Notes under the pieces: generated by a model | What the model saw: only the letters and a program-made list of their open reading frames with translations | Told to the model about the DNA's origin: nothing | Databases searched by the model: none | NCBI GenBank assembly: GCA_041158525.1 | Contig: JBEBBE010000024.1 | Coordinates: 986-64,985 of the forward strand | Reading direction: 5' to 3' | Length of the DNA: 64,000 bases | DNA from: Bacteroidota bacterium | GTDB lineage: Bacteria; Bacteroidota; Bacteroidia; Flavobacteriales_D; Crocinitomicaceae | Position numbers and translations under genes: made by a program | Part shown: one piece after another, positions 1 through 9,495 of the stretch | Layout: each line of letters begins with the position of its first letter | How positions within the stretch are numbered: position 1 is the first letter of the stretch

Positions 1-2
1 CA

Positions 3-203
3 TATATGGTTGGCGTTGGTGGCCGTATTAGCTTACCAAAAATTCCTGTGATGCTTTCTATTAGCGCTCGTTTTATGTACTCAACAGCCGATGCTAAAGG
101 TGTTGATGCACTTGGTATTGACCTTGATAATTACTCAACTTATTACAAAACCAATGCGGCTTCTGTTGGCTTGCACGCTGGTTTGGTTTACAGTTTTGAA
201 TAA
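3..203 (+). CDS. 3' fragment of a probable outer-membrane beta-barrel protein (start lies upstream of the window)
   Basis: The frame is open to the window edge. It shows an alternating hydrophobic beta-strand pattern ending ...HAGLVYSFE and is followed by the hairpin terminator at 225-253. Confidence 0.4.
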   Translation, partial: YMVGVGGRISLPKIPVMLSISARFMYSTADAKGVDALGIDLDNYSTYYKTNAASVGLHAGLVYSFE

Positions 204-224
204 GCACTTTCAAAATAGATGTAT

Positions 225-253
225 AAAAAAAGGCGCCGAGAGGCGCCTTTTTT
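225..253. terminator. Bidirectional rho-independent terminator between convergent genes
   Basis: A7-GGCGCC-GAGA-GGCGCC-T6. A perfect 6-bp GC stem is flanked by an A-run and a T-run, between the stop at 203 (+) and the stop at 273 (-). Confidence 0.8.
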
Positions 254-272
254 GTTTGGAGAGATTTGTATT

Positions 273-2030
273 CTAGTTCTTTACAATATGAACAAAGCCA
301 TGTAAAGTGTAAAGGGTTATTTGTTTGTTGTCGTATTCGTATTTTTCACTCTTTGGCGTCACCATGTAGAAGTAAACGCCCTCTTCAACAGCTTTTCCGT
401 TGAGGTCATTGCCATTCCAGTCGTTTTGGTAGTTGTCGTTCTCATAGATGAGGTTACCCCAACGATTAAAGATTTGAAGGCTGACTTGTTCGTAGTCTTC
501 CCAGTTTTTAATGACTAAGAAATCATTGATGTTGTCTTGGTTGGCTGTCATGATATTTGGCACCACCAACGGACACTGATTGTAAACCCTAACAACCGGT
601 GAAGTAACAGACTTGGCACATTGGTCCATGACATATACTTGGAAGTTATTGAGGTATGGTTGCAAGATGCCTGGGGCTACATAAACGGTGTCATTGTTCG
701 GGAAGCTACCTGGCCCCCACAAGTAATTGTAAGGGGGAATTCCGTCAATGACGCTGCAGTAAATGTTGGTTCCTTCACCGAAATCGGCACAGACATTTAA
801 AGAATCTACGGCACCAATGCTCATTGGGACGTAATCGATGATGTTCAGGGAAATAGAAGTGGTGTCAAAAGAGCCATCACAAGGGCTTGGTACAATTACG
901 TTGAAGTTCACGGTCTCGGTACCTTCTGTAATGAGGTCAAGGATCGCTGAAATACCAATAGTGTCTGAAGCAACACCTGCCGGGATAACCAAAGTATCGT
1001 TGATGAATGGGTAGTCTTCGCCGTTTGTTGCTGAACCACTCAGGCTGATAAACACCATGAGGTTTGACGTGAGGTCTGTTCTTTTGACAATAAAACCGGC
1101 AAATCCGCAGTCTTCGATGAGTTCAGTAGGCCCCGTGACATCTACTTCAATTGGGACTTCAATTTGGCAAGCCACAACTCGGTAGCCAAAGGTTCGGATT
1201 TTGGTATTGATCAGGACGCCATTTCTCCATTCTTTTACAGCTACACCCGCTACAAAGTTTCCGATGAGGTTTGGTGTGAAGGTCATGAGCCCTGTAACAG
1301 GGTCAATGGTCACGTTTGATCCGGCACCAAAAGGCACAAATTCTGAGAAGGTTGGGTTCCAGCTTACTGGTGTGTATGGGGCTGCCGTTTCAGGGTCAGG
1401 GACCACATTGGTGAGGCTTCCGCCAAGGAAAGGAGACATCAGTTCGTAACTCAGGGAATCGCCATCGGGGTCATAGGCTGAGTGGTCAAAGTCGAGGGTG
1501 TTTTGCGAACACAAAACCAATGGTGGGTAGTTGATGAAACGAGCACCTTGGTTGTGAACGGCAATTAAAGCGTTTCCTGGAACATAGGTTGTAAGCGTAA
1601 TGCCATTACCCGCTGGGTCAACGATATTGTCAATGGCGCCGGTCCAGCAGCAGCGTTGGTAGGAAATGTAATAGCCACCGGGAGTCAGTGGCATAGTGAC
1701 GGTATCGATATAAATAGCGCGTTCTACACAAATATCATTTGGGACAGTCACGCAGGGGTCATCATAGACGACAGGTAAGACGTTTTGCGAAAAGACACCA
1801 ATGTATCGGACCTGATAAATGCTGCCGTCTGCGTTAAAGATGGTGTAATTTAAAGGGTTGTCGAAGTTGGTCGCAGAGTTGCAATCGCGGTAAATTTCAA
1901 TGGTGATTTTGTACTGATTATTTCCCAAAGAATCGTAATAGATTTCTCCACCGATAATGTGGCTAGCCCAGCTAGAGAATGCGCTTAACAGCGAAAAAAT
2001 CAGGACAAAATAAAATTTCTTAAAGGTCAT
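273..2030 (-). CDS. Secreted protein with a T9SS type-B C-terminal sorting domain (gliding-motility-associated CTD)
   Basis: N-terminal signal peptide MTFKKFYFVLIFSLLSAFSSWA. The C-terminal ~90 aa (NDFLVIKN...IFNRWGNLIYE...GVYFYMV...) fit the type-B/CHU_C sorting-domain pattern. Confidence 0.8.
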   Translation of the reverse strand: MTFKKFYFVLIFSLLSAFSSWASHIIGGEIYYDSLGNNQYKITIEIYRDCNSATNFDNPLNYTIFNADGSIYQVRYIGVFSQNVLPVVYDDPCVTVPNDICVERAIYIDTVTMPLTPGGYYISYQRCCWTGAIDNIVDPAGNGITLTTYVPGNALIAVHNQGARFINYPPLVLCSQNTLDFDHSAYDPDGDSLSYELMSPFLGGSLTNVVPDPETAAPYTPVSWNPTFSEFVPFGAGSNVTIDPVTGLMTFTPNLIGNFVAGVAVKEWRNGVLINTKIRTFGYRVVACQIEVPIEVDVTGPTELIEDCGFAGFIVKRTDLTSNLMVFISLSGSATNGEDYPFINDTLVIPAGVASDTIGISAILDLITEGTETVNFNVIVPSPCDGSFDTTSISLNIIDYVPMSIGAVDSLNVCADFGEGTNIYCSVIDGIPPYNYLWGPGSFPNNDTVYVAPGILQPYLNNFQVYVMDQCAKSVTSPVVRVYNQCPLVVPNIMTANQDNINDFLVIKNWEDYEQVSLQIFNRWGNLIYENDNYQNDWNGNDLNGKAVEEGVYFYMVTPKSEKYEYDNKQITLYTLHGFVHIVKN

Positions 2031-2082
2031 GTTTCAAAATTTGTACGCGAAGATACAAACTAAGCACTTGAAAGCCATGTGA

Positions 2083-2090
2083 TAAGTTTG
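2083..2090 (+). promoter_or_regulatory. Candidate Bacteroidota -7 promoter box (TAAGTTTG) upstream of the histidine kinase gene
   Basis: Matches TAnnTTTG and lies 14 nt before the ATG at 2105. I saw no convincing -33 TTG at the standard spacing. Confidence 0.3.
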
Positions 2091-2104
2091 TATATTCGTT
2101 GTTT

Positions 2105-4267
2105 ATGGTCAAGTACGGTCATTTATTTGCATTTTTCTTCCTCTTTTTTACATGTCTAGTACATGCTGAAACAGAAGATCAATTGCGCAAAAACCTGCAA
2201 AAAACCAAGGACAAGACGTCACATTTGCAAGCAAGGTTGCATCTGCTATCTTTTTTGGAAGAAACCAATAAATCTTCGTGGCTAAAAGAGCTTGAATTGA
2301 TTGAAAAACAAGCGCTTGCCTATAACAATCCCAAAGATCAAAAAATTATATCGCTGCTGCTTTGTGAAAAAGCTATCTATCTAGGGGCGTTTTCCAATGC
2401 AAAATTGAATTTTGAGCACAATCTAAAAACGTACATTTTTCAGAGTAAGCAATTAGAATGGCGAAGAAAACTTCTTGAATATACGCTCAAACAAAATAAA
2501 TCATCTCAGAACTTCAGAAGCTTGTTGGCTTATAGTCGCCGCTTCATGAAAAACAAGCAGAGTGCGCAGTTGTATCAAATTCAAGCCACCCATTATTTAG
2601 TCCAAGGGCAAATAGATTCTGCACTGATACTCAGTGATCAGTCGGTGCAAATTGCCAAACGCTCTGCCGGAAGCTGGACCCTCATTAATGCTTTGCAAGC
2701 CCAAGCAGAAGTGTTTTGGCGCGCTAATTTACTGGATAAAGCTGTTCAGCGCTCGATATTTTCACTGCAATTGGCAGAGGAAGCACAGCTGCCTTATTTC
2801 AAAATCAGGCCTTTGATCTTGATTGCAGCGATTTCCTTAGAGGTGGGTAATGATGATCAAACCATTGCCTATGCCAAGCGTGCTCAAAATTTAGCCGATC
2901 AGTACCAAGACGATTTCTTTCGGGCCTATTCAGCGCTCATCTTAAGTGAGCATTTTCTGCAACTAAAACAAACAACAAAAGCACAAAACAACCTCAATTT
3001 TGCCCTGAGCTATTTTGAGCGCATCAATAATCAAGAGGCTTTGCACCGTGCTATTTTGTGTCAGGCTAATATTGCTGCTACCAAAGGGCAGGACGCAAGC
3101 CCTTATTTTTTAAAGTTGACCAATTACTTGAAAGCGGGTCAATCTTCTTTATTGGCAGATAAATTCCATCTCGAATATGGCAAGTATTTCTTGATCAAAC
3201 AGCAATTTTCAGCTGCTGAAAAACACCTCAAAGCTGTATTAGAACCCATCTCTTCAAATGAGCAAATTAGGCCGCAAATAGCTGTTGCCTATGCTTTGTT
3301 GGCAAAAATTGCCCTGCAAAAAGGCGATTTAAAAGCGGCGTTAGCTTATCAAAAGGCCTATTCAGATTGGTTGGCCAAAAGCCCGGTTTGGCGCAGTGCA
3401 GCCCGCATTGAGGAAATGACCTCGAGTAATTTACGTGAAGAACGCGAACGCCTCATTGACTTTCAACGGGCTTCTATTGAGAAAGCGCAAAAAGAACGCA
3501 AGATCATAGAACTTCAAAAAGACCGCCAGCTTTTTATTTCCATCATTTTTATTGTGGCTATCATATTTGGGGTCGTGATTTTTATTTTGCGCATCCAGCA
3601 AAGCCGCATCAAGCAAGAACAGCGCGAGGCCGAACTTTCACAAACCTTGCTGCGCACGCAAATGAACCCGCATTTTGTCTTCAATGCCATGTCGGTCATC
3701 CAAAGTTATATTTACGAAAACGACCCCGAGAAATCGTCTCAATTTCTAGTGAAGTTTTCCAGACTCATGCGCCTCATCCTCGAAAATTCACCCAAAGAAT
3801 TTATTCCTATTGAACTCGAGATTGAAATCCTTGACAAGTACTTGGCTACCCAGAAAATGCGCTTTGAGAACCGCTTTGACTACACCCTTGACATCAGCGA
3901 TGACTTGTTGTTCAACAAAGCGATGGTGCCACCCATGATTACGCAGCCTTTCATCGAAAATGCCATCGAACATGGGCAATTGCATACCGTAAAAGATGGA
4001 CACATTTTGGTGCAAATGCGCGCGGAAGGACAGTCGATGCTGCTCAGGATTGAAGACAACGGAGTAGGTCGTAAGAAATCGCAGAAAACCAAGAAAATCC
4101 GAACGCACAAGAGTATGGCGATTGACATTACCAAAGAACGCATTGAGATTATCAATAAAAAGTATAAATTTAATGGAAGTCTTCTTTTTGAGGACCTCAA
4201 TAAAGAACAAGAAACCGGAACAGTTGTGAAGTTGGTACTACCTCTTCGCTATGAAGCCTCTATTTAA
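2105..4267 (+). CDS. Sensor histidine kinase, LytS/YehU type, with an N-terminal TPR-like helical-repeat sensor region
   Basis: Signal/TM segment, a long helical-repeat region, a TM helix (LFISIIFIVAIIFGVVIFIL), then LRTQMNPHFVFNAMSVIQ, typical of the PF06580 His_kinase domain, and an ATPase region (IEDNGVG). I prefer the ATG at 2105 over the in-frame TTG at 2099. Confidence 0.85.
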   Translation: MVKYGHLFAFFFLFFTCLVHAETEDQLRKNLQKTKDKTSHLQARLHLLSFLEETNKSSWLKELELIEKQALAYNNPKDQKIISLLLCEKAIYLGAFSNAKLNFEHNLKTYIFQSKQLEWRRKLLEYTLKQNKSSQNFRSLLAYSRRFMKNKQSAQLYQIQATHYLVQGQIDSALILSDQSVQIAKRSAGSWTLINALQAQAEVFWRANLLDKAVQRSIFSLQLAEEAQLPYFKIRPLILIAAISLEVGNDDQTIAYAKRAQNLADQYQDDFFRAYSALILSEHFLQLKQTTKAQNNLNFALSYFERINNQEALHRAILCQANIAATKGQDASPYFLKLTNYLKAGQSSLLADKFHLEYGKYFLIKQQFSAAEKHLKAVLEPISSNEQIRPQIAVAYALLAKIALQKGDLKAALAYQKAYSDWLAKSPVWRSAARIEEMTSSNLREERERLIDFQRASIEKAQKERKIIELQKDRQLFISIIFIVAIIFGVVIFILRIQQSRIKQEQREAELSQTLLRTQMNPHFVFNAMSVIQSYIYENDPEKSSQFLVKFSRLMRLILENSPKEFIPIELEIEILDKYLATQKMRFENRFDYTLDISDDLLFNKAMVPPMITQPFIENAIEHGQLHTVKDGHILVQMRAEGQSMLLRIEDNGVGRKKSQKTKKIRTHKSMAIDITKERIEIINKKYKFNGSLLFEDLNKEQETGTVVKLVLPLRYEASI

Positions 4268-4276
4268 GCTGCAACT

Positions 4277-5023
4277 ATGAGTACAAAAGTTTTGATCATT
4301 GACGACGAAAAGCCAACGCGTACTTTCATTCGCAAAATGCTTGAATCATTTGACCTGAATCTCAATATCTATATCGATGGCGAAAATGTTCAGAGTGGAA
4401 TAGAAGCCATTGAAGACATACAACCGGATATCGTTTTGCTCGATATTCAAATGCCAGATGGCAATGGTTTTGACGTACTGCGCAATGTCAAGTACAAGAA
4501 CTTTGAAGTGATCTTCATTACGGCCTTTCAAGAATTTGCGGTGCAGGCCATTAAGTTTTCAGCCCTTGACTACATCCTTAAGCCAATTGATGCAGAAGAG
4601 TTGCATACGGCACTTTCTAATGCCATTCAGCACCTCGATCAGAAAAAAGAAGAGAGCCAATTTAGTGTGTTGCAGCACAATATTCAGCCGCAGCACAAAA
4701 GAAAGCTCGTGCTCAAGACGCAAGAGAGCATTTTTGTAGTAGAAATCGACGACATCGTGCATTGTGAAGCAGACAAAAACTATACTTTTTTCTATCTGAA
4801 CGACGGCAAGAAAATCTTGGTTTCCAAGACCCTCAAAGACTACGACACCATGTTGGCTGGCTTTTCATTTTTCAGGGTGCATCAGTCGCACTTGATCAAT
4901 CTCAATTTTGTGGAGCGCTATGACAAGCACGACGGTGGCTCTGTGATTTTGAAAGACGGAAGTTCTATTCCGCTGTCGCCAGCAAAAAAAGAACAGTTCT
5001 TTAAGAGTCTCGATCAGTTATAG
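4277..5023 (+). CDS. LytTR-family response regulator
   Basis: REC domain (VLIIDDE...DIVLLDIQMPDGNGFD...KP) plus a C-terminal LytTR DNA-binding domain (FFRVHQSHLINL). It starts 9 nt after the kinase gene. Confidence 0.9.
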   Translation: MSTKVLIIDDEKPTRTFIRKMLESFDLNLNIYIDGENVQSGIEAIEDIQPDIVLLDIQMPDGNGFDVLRNVKYKNFEVIFITAFQEFAVQAIKFSALDYILKPIDAEELHTALSNAIQHLDQKKEESQFSVLQHNIQPQHKRKLVLKTQESIFVVEIDDIVHCEADKNYTFFYLNDGKKILVSKTLKDYDTMLAGFSFFRVHQSHLINLNFVERYDKHDGGSVILKDGSSIPLSPAKKEQFFKSLDQL

Positions 5024-6163
5024 TGCAGCTAATGCTTGGTCAAGATCTTCAATGAGGTCTTGTGCATCTTCAATGCCGACACTCAGGCGAATCAATGAAT
5101 CTACGACGCCGCTTTTTTCTCTGACCTCTTTCGGGATAGACGCATGCGTCATGGTAGCAGGATGCCCAATCAATGATTCAACTCCTCCTAAAGATTCAGC
5201 TAAGGCAAAAATTTCTACATTTTTCACAAAAGAAAGTGCATCTTCTAAACGATCGCCCTTCAAGGTGAAAGAAATCATGCCGCCAAAACCGCGCATTTGT
5301 TTTTTAGCCACTTCATGATTCGGGTGCGTTTCAAATCCTGGCCAATATACTTTGGCAACTTTTGGGTGCTGCTGTAAGTAATTGGCAATTTGAATACCGT
5401 TTTCACAGTGTCTTTGTACGCGCAAGTGTAGTGTTTTGATACCGCGGAGTACCAAGAAAGAATCCATAGGTGCGGTAACTGCTCCTGAAGAGTTCTGAAT
5501 GCGGTACATTTCGTTGGCAAGAGCGTCGTCGTTGCAAACCAATGCGCCCATCACGACATCAGAGTGGCCACCTAAATATTTCGTAACGGAATGCATCACG
5601 AAATCGGCACCGAGGTCTAGTGGGTTTTGTAGGTAAGGTGTTGCAAAAGTGTTGTCTACACAAAGCAAGGCTTTTGCACTTTTGGCAATCTGAGCCATTG
5701 CTTCAATATCGATGATGTTCATCATGGGATTGGTTGGCGTTTCAACCCAGATGAGTTTGGTGTTTTCATTGACGAGTGCCTCCACATTGGCCGGGTTTTG
5801 CATATCTACGAAATGAAAAACGATGCCATATTTAGCAAAAATGGTATTGAATATGCGGTAAGAACCACCGTAAAGGTCATTGGTTGAAATGACTTCATCT
5901 CCGGGGTTGAGCATTTTAATAATGCAGTCAATAGCAGCCAAACCAGAGCCAAAACAAGCGCCGTGTTTGCCGTTCTCAATAGCGGCAATATTTTTTTCTA
6001 AGGCATGACGTGTTGGGTTCTGCGTACGTGAATACTCATAGCCCTTGTGATTACCTACACCATCTTGTACATAGGTAGAGGTTTGGTAAATAGGTGTCAT
6101 GATGGCTCCTGTTGCAGGATCAGGATGTACGCCTGCGTGGATGGCTTTGGTAGCAAATTTCAT
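5018..6163 (-). CDS. Cys/Met-metabolism PLP-dependent enzyme (cystathionine gamma-synthase/beta-lyase/gamma-lyase family)
   Basis: Family-typical MKFATKAIHAG N-terminus and a PLP-lysine motif, SVTKYLGGHSD. The exact reaction specificity cannot be assigned by eye. Confidence 0.85.
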   Translation of the reverse strand: MKFATKAIHAGVHPDPATGAIMTPIYQTSTYVQDGVGNHKGYEYSRTQNPTRHALEKNIAAIENGKHGACFGSGLAAIDCIIKMLNPGDEVISTNDLYGGSYRIFNTIFAKYGIVFHFVDMQNPANVEALVNENTKLIWVETPTNPMMNIIDIEAMAQIAKSAKALLCVDNTFATPYLQNPLDLGADFVMHSVTKYLGGHSDVVMGALVCNDDALANEMYRIQNSSGAVTAPMDSFLVLRGIKTLHLRVQRHCENGIQIANYLQQHPKVAKVYWPGFETHPNHEVAKKQMRGFGGMISFTLKGDRLEDALSFVKNVEIFALAESLGGVESLIGHPATMTHASIPKEVREKSGVVDSLIRLSVGIEDAQDLIEDLDQALAAL

Positions 6164-6179
6164 TGAAAAATATTTTTGA

Positions 6180-6187
6180 CAAAATTA
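6180..6187 (-). promoter_or_regulatory. Candidate -7 box (TAATTTTG) upstream of the PLP-enzyme gene
   Basis: TAnnTTTG on the minus strand, 16 nt before the ATG at 6163. The plus strand also carries TATTTTTG at 6171-6178 with no gene to serve, so this motif does give false positives in AT-rich spacers. Confidence 0.3.
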
Positions 6188-6196
6188 ATAGAATCT

Positions 6197-6541
6197 TTAA
6201 GGCAGGCCTAATTCAATGAAGGGGTCCCAGAAAACTTTTTCAAAGTTTTTAATTTGATCATTTTCCACGATGATTCCTTCCTTTGCTAAGAGTTCTTCCA
6301 TGTGCATTGGATTTTCGAAGTGATTTTTTCCACTCAACAAACCCACCCGATTGACCACCCGATGCGCTGGCACATCAGAAAGTGCATGACTTGCATTCAT
6401 GGCCCAACCTACCATTCTTGCGGCTTGTTTGGCACCTAAATAATTAGCAATAGCACCATAACTCGTGACACGACCTTCAGGTATCAACCGAACGACATCA
6501 TAAACATCCTGAAAAAAATCCTTGTTTTTGAGCACAAACAA
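6197..6541 (-). CDS. MGMT-family, alkyltransferase-like (ATL) protein lacking the acceptor cysteine
   Basis: DNA-binding-domain pattern FFQDVYDVVRLIPEGRVTSYGAIA. The active-site motif reads PAHRVVN instead of PCHRV. There is no ATG near the 5' end, so I infer a TTG (6541) or GTG (6535) start. Confidence 0.75.
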   Translation of the reverse strand: MFVLKNKDFFQDVYDVVRLIPEGRVTSYGAIANYLGAKQAARMVGWAMNASHALSDVPAHRVVNRVGLLSGKNHFENPMHMEELLAKEGIIVENDQIKNFEKVFWDPFIELGLP

Positions 6542-6570
6542 AGATAGAAAGGCTTTTCAAAAATGAGTGC

Positions 6571-6597
6571 AAAAAAAAGCCACCCCGAAAGGTGGCT
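6571..6597 (-). terminator. Rho-independent terminator downstream of hppA
   Basis: The minus strand reads GCCACC-TTTCGG-GGTGGC followed by T8, directly after the hppA stop codon (6621). Confidence 0.8.
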
Positions 6598-6620
6598 TTG
6601 TATGTTAAGAGAAGACTCAA

Positions 6621-8927
6621 TTACTTTTTATCGCAACATGCTTCTTTTTTATCGCCATGACAAGCTGCCTTATCACCAGTGCAAGCAGCTTCTTGACCTG
6701 TGCAATGACCATTTGACATTTCACACTGAGCAGCACCTGCTTCTTTTTTGTCGCCGTGACCATCACCCAAGATTGGTGCAATCACCAAACCTACAAGACA
6801 AGTCAATTTGATCAAGATATTCATTGATGGGCCAGAAGTATCTTTAAATGGATCACCAACAGTATCACCAGTTACAGCCGCTTTGTGCGCATCAGAACCT
6901 TTGAAAGTCATTTCTCCGTTGATCATTACACCAGCTTCGAAAGATTTTTTAGCGTTATCCCATGCACCACCAGCGTTGTTTTGGAAGATTGCCCAAAGTA
7001 CACCAGATACAGCAACACCTGCCATGTAACCACCAAGTACTTCAGCAGCCATTGGCCAGTTACCAGAAATGAAACCAGTCCCAAGACCGATTAAAATAGG
7101 TGTTACAATGGTGAGGGCACCTGGCAACATCATTTCGCGAAGCGCAGCTTTTGTAGAAATTTCTACACACTTACCGTATTCTGGCGTTCCTGTTCCTTCC
7201 ATGATTCCTGGAATTTCACGGAACTGACGACGTACTTCGTTCACCATGTCCATCGCGGCACTACCTACAGATTTCATAGCAAGTGCAGAGAAAACTACAG
7301 GGATCATACCACCAATGAAAAGTGCAGCTAAAACTGGCGCTTTAAAGATGTTGATACCTTCGATACCAGTGAAGGTTACGTAAGCAGCAAACAATGCAAG
7401 GGCAGTAAGTGCAGCAGATGCAATAGCAAAACCTTTACCTACAGCAGCAGTTGTGTTTCCTACAGAGTCAAGAACGTCTGTTCTTTGACGAACTTCTTTA
7501 GGCAATTCGCTCATTTCAGCAACACCACCAGCGTTATCAGCGATAGGTCCAAAAGCATCGATTGCCAACTGCATAGCAGTAGTTGCCATCATGGCTGAAG
7601 CAGCGATTGCCACACCGTAGAAACCAGCTAATGCATAAGATCCCCAAATGGCAGCAGCAAATAAAATCACTGAAGAGAAAGTAGAGATCATACCTGTAGC
7701 CAAACCAGCAATGATGTTGGTAGCGGCACCAGTAGATGAATTTTGAACGATACCGAGAACTGGTTTTTTACCAAGTGCAGTATAATATTCAGTAAAGTAA
7801 GAAATAAGGTATCCTACAGAAAGACCAACAAGCGTTGCGTAAAATACGTGACGGCTAGGAATTTCCATAACGCCTTCACCGAAGAAATTCATTTGAATAG
7901 TTTCAGGAAGCATCCATTTTACTAAGAACCATCCGGCAACCGCTGAAATAACGATTGAAGAGATGTTACCAATGTTAAGTGCTTTTTGAACTTCAGCTTC
8001 TTTAGCATCGTTTGAAGAAATACGAACGAGGAAAGTACCAATGATAGAAGCGATGATACCAACACCAGCGATCATGATTGGCAATAAAATTGGGCCCATA
8101 CCTTGGAAACCAGAAAGCGCTTGACCGTTGTCAGCCATGTCTTTAATGATGTAGTTACCAAGAACCATAGAAGCCAATACAGTAGCCACATAAGATCCGA
8201 AGAGGTCAGCACCCATTCCGGCTACGTCACCAACGTTGTCACCAACGTTATCAGCAATTGTAGCTGGGTTACGTGGATCATCTTCTGGAATACCCGCTTC
8301 AACTTTACCTACGAGGTCAGCACCTACGTCAGCAGCTTTAGTATAAATACCACCACCAACACGTGCAAATAATGCGATAGATTCAGCACCTAAAGAGAAA
8401 CCAGCAAGGGCCTCAAGTACCATTGTCATTTTATCGTAGTCCCAAGCGCCACCTTGAAGGAAGTAGTTTAGGAAACCAAAGAAGAACAAAGACAAACCTA
8501 ATACGGCAAGACCTGCAACACCAAGCCCCATTACCGTACCACCACCAAAAGAAACTTTAAGTGCGTTTGGCAATGAAGTTTTAGCAGCTTCTGTTGTTCT
8601 AACGTTAGCATCAGTAGCTACGCGCATACCGATGTTTCCTGCAATCGCAGAAAAGATAGCACCAACAATAAATGCCGGAACAATCAACCAGTGTGTTGTA
8701 GGAACTACTGTAGAAATACCAAAAAGTGCAGCGGATGCAATAACAACGAAGATGGCAAGCAAGCGGTACTCAGCAGAAAGGAATGCCATGGCACCCTCTT
8801 TAATGCTTTTAGCGATACCTTGCATTTTTTCATCACCTGCAGGTTGTTTTTTTACCCATGCCATTTTGACGAGCATAAAAAGCAAGCCAACTAATGAGAG
8901 TGCGATAGGAATGTAAATTACGTTCAT
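6621..8927 (-). CDS. hppA: Membrane-bound ion-translocating pyrophosphatase (K+-dependent type) with a Cys-rich C-terminal extension
   Basis: Multi-TM protein with the PPase motifs [27 protein letters not shown] and [13 protein letters not shown]. The Ala in GNTTAA marks the K+-dependent class. It carries an extra 48-aa tail after ...LVIAPIL. Confidence 0.93.
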   Translation of the reverse strand: MNVIYIPIALSLVGLLFMLVKMAWVKKQPAGDEKMQGIAKSIKEGAMAFLSAEYRLLAIFVVIASAALFGISTVVPTTHWLIVPAFIVGAIFSAIAGNIGMRVATDANVRTTEAAKTSLPNALKVSFGGGTVMGLGVAGLAVLGLSLFFFGFLNYFLQGGAWDYDKMTMVLEALAGFSLGAESIALFARVGGGIYTKAADVGADLVGKVEAGIPEDDPRNPATIADNVGDNVGDVAGMGADLFGSYVATVLASMVLGNYIIKDMADNGQALSGFQGMGPILLPIMIAGVGIIASIIGTFLVRISSNDAKEAEVQKALNIGNISSIVISAVAGWFLVKWMLPETIQMNFFGEGVMEIPSRHVFYATLVGLSVGYLISYFTEYYTALGKKPVLGIVQNSSTGAATNIIAGLATGMISTFSSVILFAAAIWGSYALAGFYGVAIAASAMMATTAMQLAIDAFGPIADNAGGVAEMSELPKEVRQRTDVLDSVGNTTAAVGKGFAIASAALTALALFAAYVTFTGIEGINIFKAPVLAALFIGGMIPVVFSALAMKSVGSAAMDMVNEVRRQFREIPGIMEGTGTPEYGKCVEISTKAALREMMLPGALTIVTPILIGLGTGFISGNWPMAAEVLGGYMAGVAVSGVLWAIFQNNAGGAWDNAKKSFEAGVMINGEMTFKGSDAHKAAVTGDTVGDPFKDTSGPSMNILIKLTCLVGLVIAPILGDGHGDKKEAGAAQCEMSNGHCTGQEAACTGDKAACHGDKKEACCDKK

Positions 8928-8955
8928 AGATTACTTGTTAAGTGTAAAATTCGGG

Positions 8956-8963
8956 CAAAAGTA
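8956..8963 (-). promoter_or_regulatory. Candidate -7 box (TACTTTTG) upstream of hppA
   Basis: TAnnTTTG on the minus strand, 28 nt before the hppA ATG. Confidence 0.35.
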
Positions 8964-8993
8964 GCTGATTCTGCCTAGGAAAGCAAATACGTA

Positions 8994-9024
8994 AGAAAAA
9001 AATAAGGGTTACATAATGTTACCC
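8994..9024 (-). terminator. Probable terminator downstream of trxA
   Basis: The minus strand reads GGGTAAC-ATTAT-GTAACCC (one mismatch) followed by TTATTTTTTT, between the trxA stop and the hppA promoter region. Confidence 0.5.
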
Positions 9025-9061
9025 TTTTTTTATTTCATCAATATACAAATGAAAAGGTAGC

Positions 9062-9358
9062 TTACAGAAATGAACCTATCTTTTGTTTGAGAACATTTAA
9101 AGGAAATGCACCACTTTCGCGCCATAACATTTTCCCTTCTTTAAAGAGCAAAAAAGTAGGCACGCCACGAATTTTAAATTGATCGGCAATAGCTGGATTT
9201 TTATCAACGTCTATTTTTAGGATACGGACTTTTGCACCGTATGCTTTTTTGAAATCTTCGAGAACAGGAGACATTGTTTTACATGGGCCACACCAAGTTG
9301 CATGAAAGTCAACAAGGGTTGGTGTAGCTGAATCGATAATTTCTTTAAACTTTCCCAT
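9062..9358 (-). CDS. trxA: Thioredoxin
   Basis: 98 aa with the WCGPC active site and a thioredoxin-fold pattern. Confidence 0.92.
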   Translation of the reverse strand: MGKFKEIIDSATPTLVDFHATWCGPCKTMSPVLEDFKKAYGAKVRILKIDVDKNPAIADQFKIRGVPTFLLFKEGKMLWRESGAFPLNVLKQKIGSFL

Positions 9359-9436
9359 GAATATAGCTGATAAATAAGTGTGTAAATTTAAGTATTACTG
9401 TGGTTTTGATTTGTAACAAATGCTACAATTAGTTAC

Positions 9437-9462
9437 AAAAAAAGGGCCTTAAATAAGGCCCT
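9437..9462 (-). terminator. Rho-independent terminator downstream of the DUF5011-like lipoprotein gene
   Basis: The minus strand reads AGGGCCTT-ATTT-AAGGCCCT followed by a T-run. Confidence 0.75.
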
Positions 9463-9495
9463 AAATGGTGTTTTTTTTTAGAAAAGATATGATCC

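Noticed and set aside
3788-4210. 140-aa and 106-aa antisense ORFs inside the histidine kinase gene
   Set aside because: These are shadow ORFs opposite a well-supported gene with clear domain motifs. Their translated sequences look random.
6171-6178. Plus-strand TATTTTTG -7-like box between the ATL and PLP-enzyme genes
   Set aside because: There is no plus-strand gene downstream. It shows that the TAnnTTTG pattern arises by chance in AT-rich spacers, which is why the confidence on all the -7 box calls is low.
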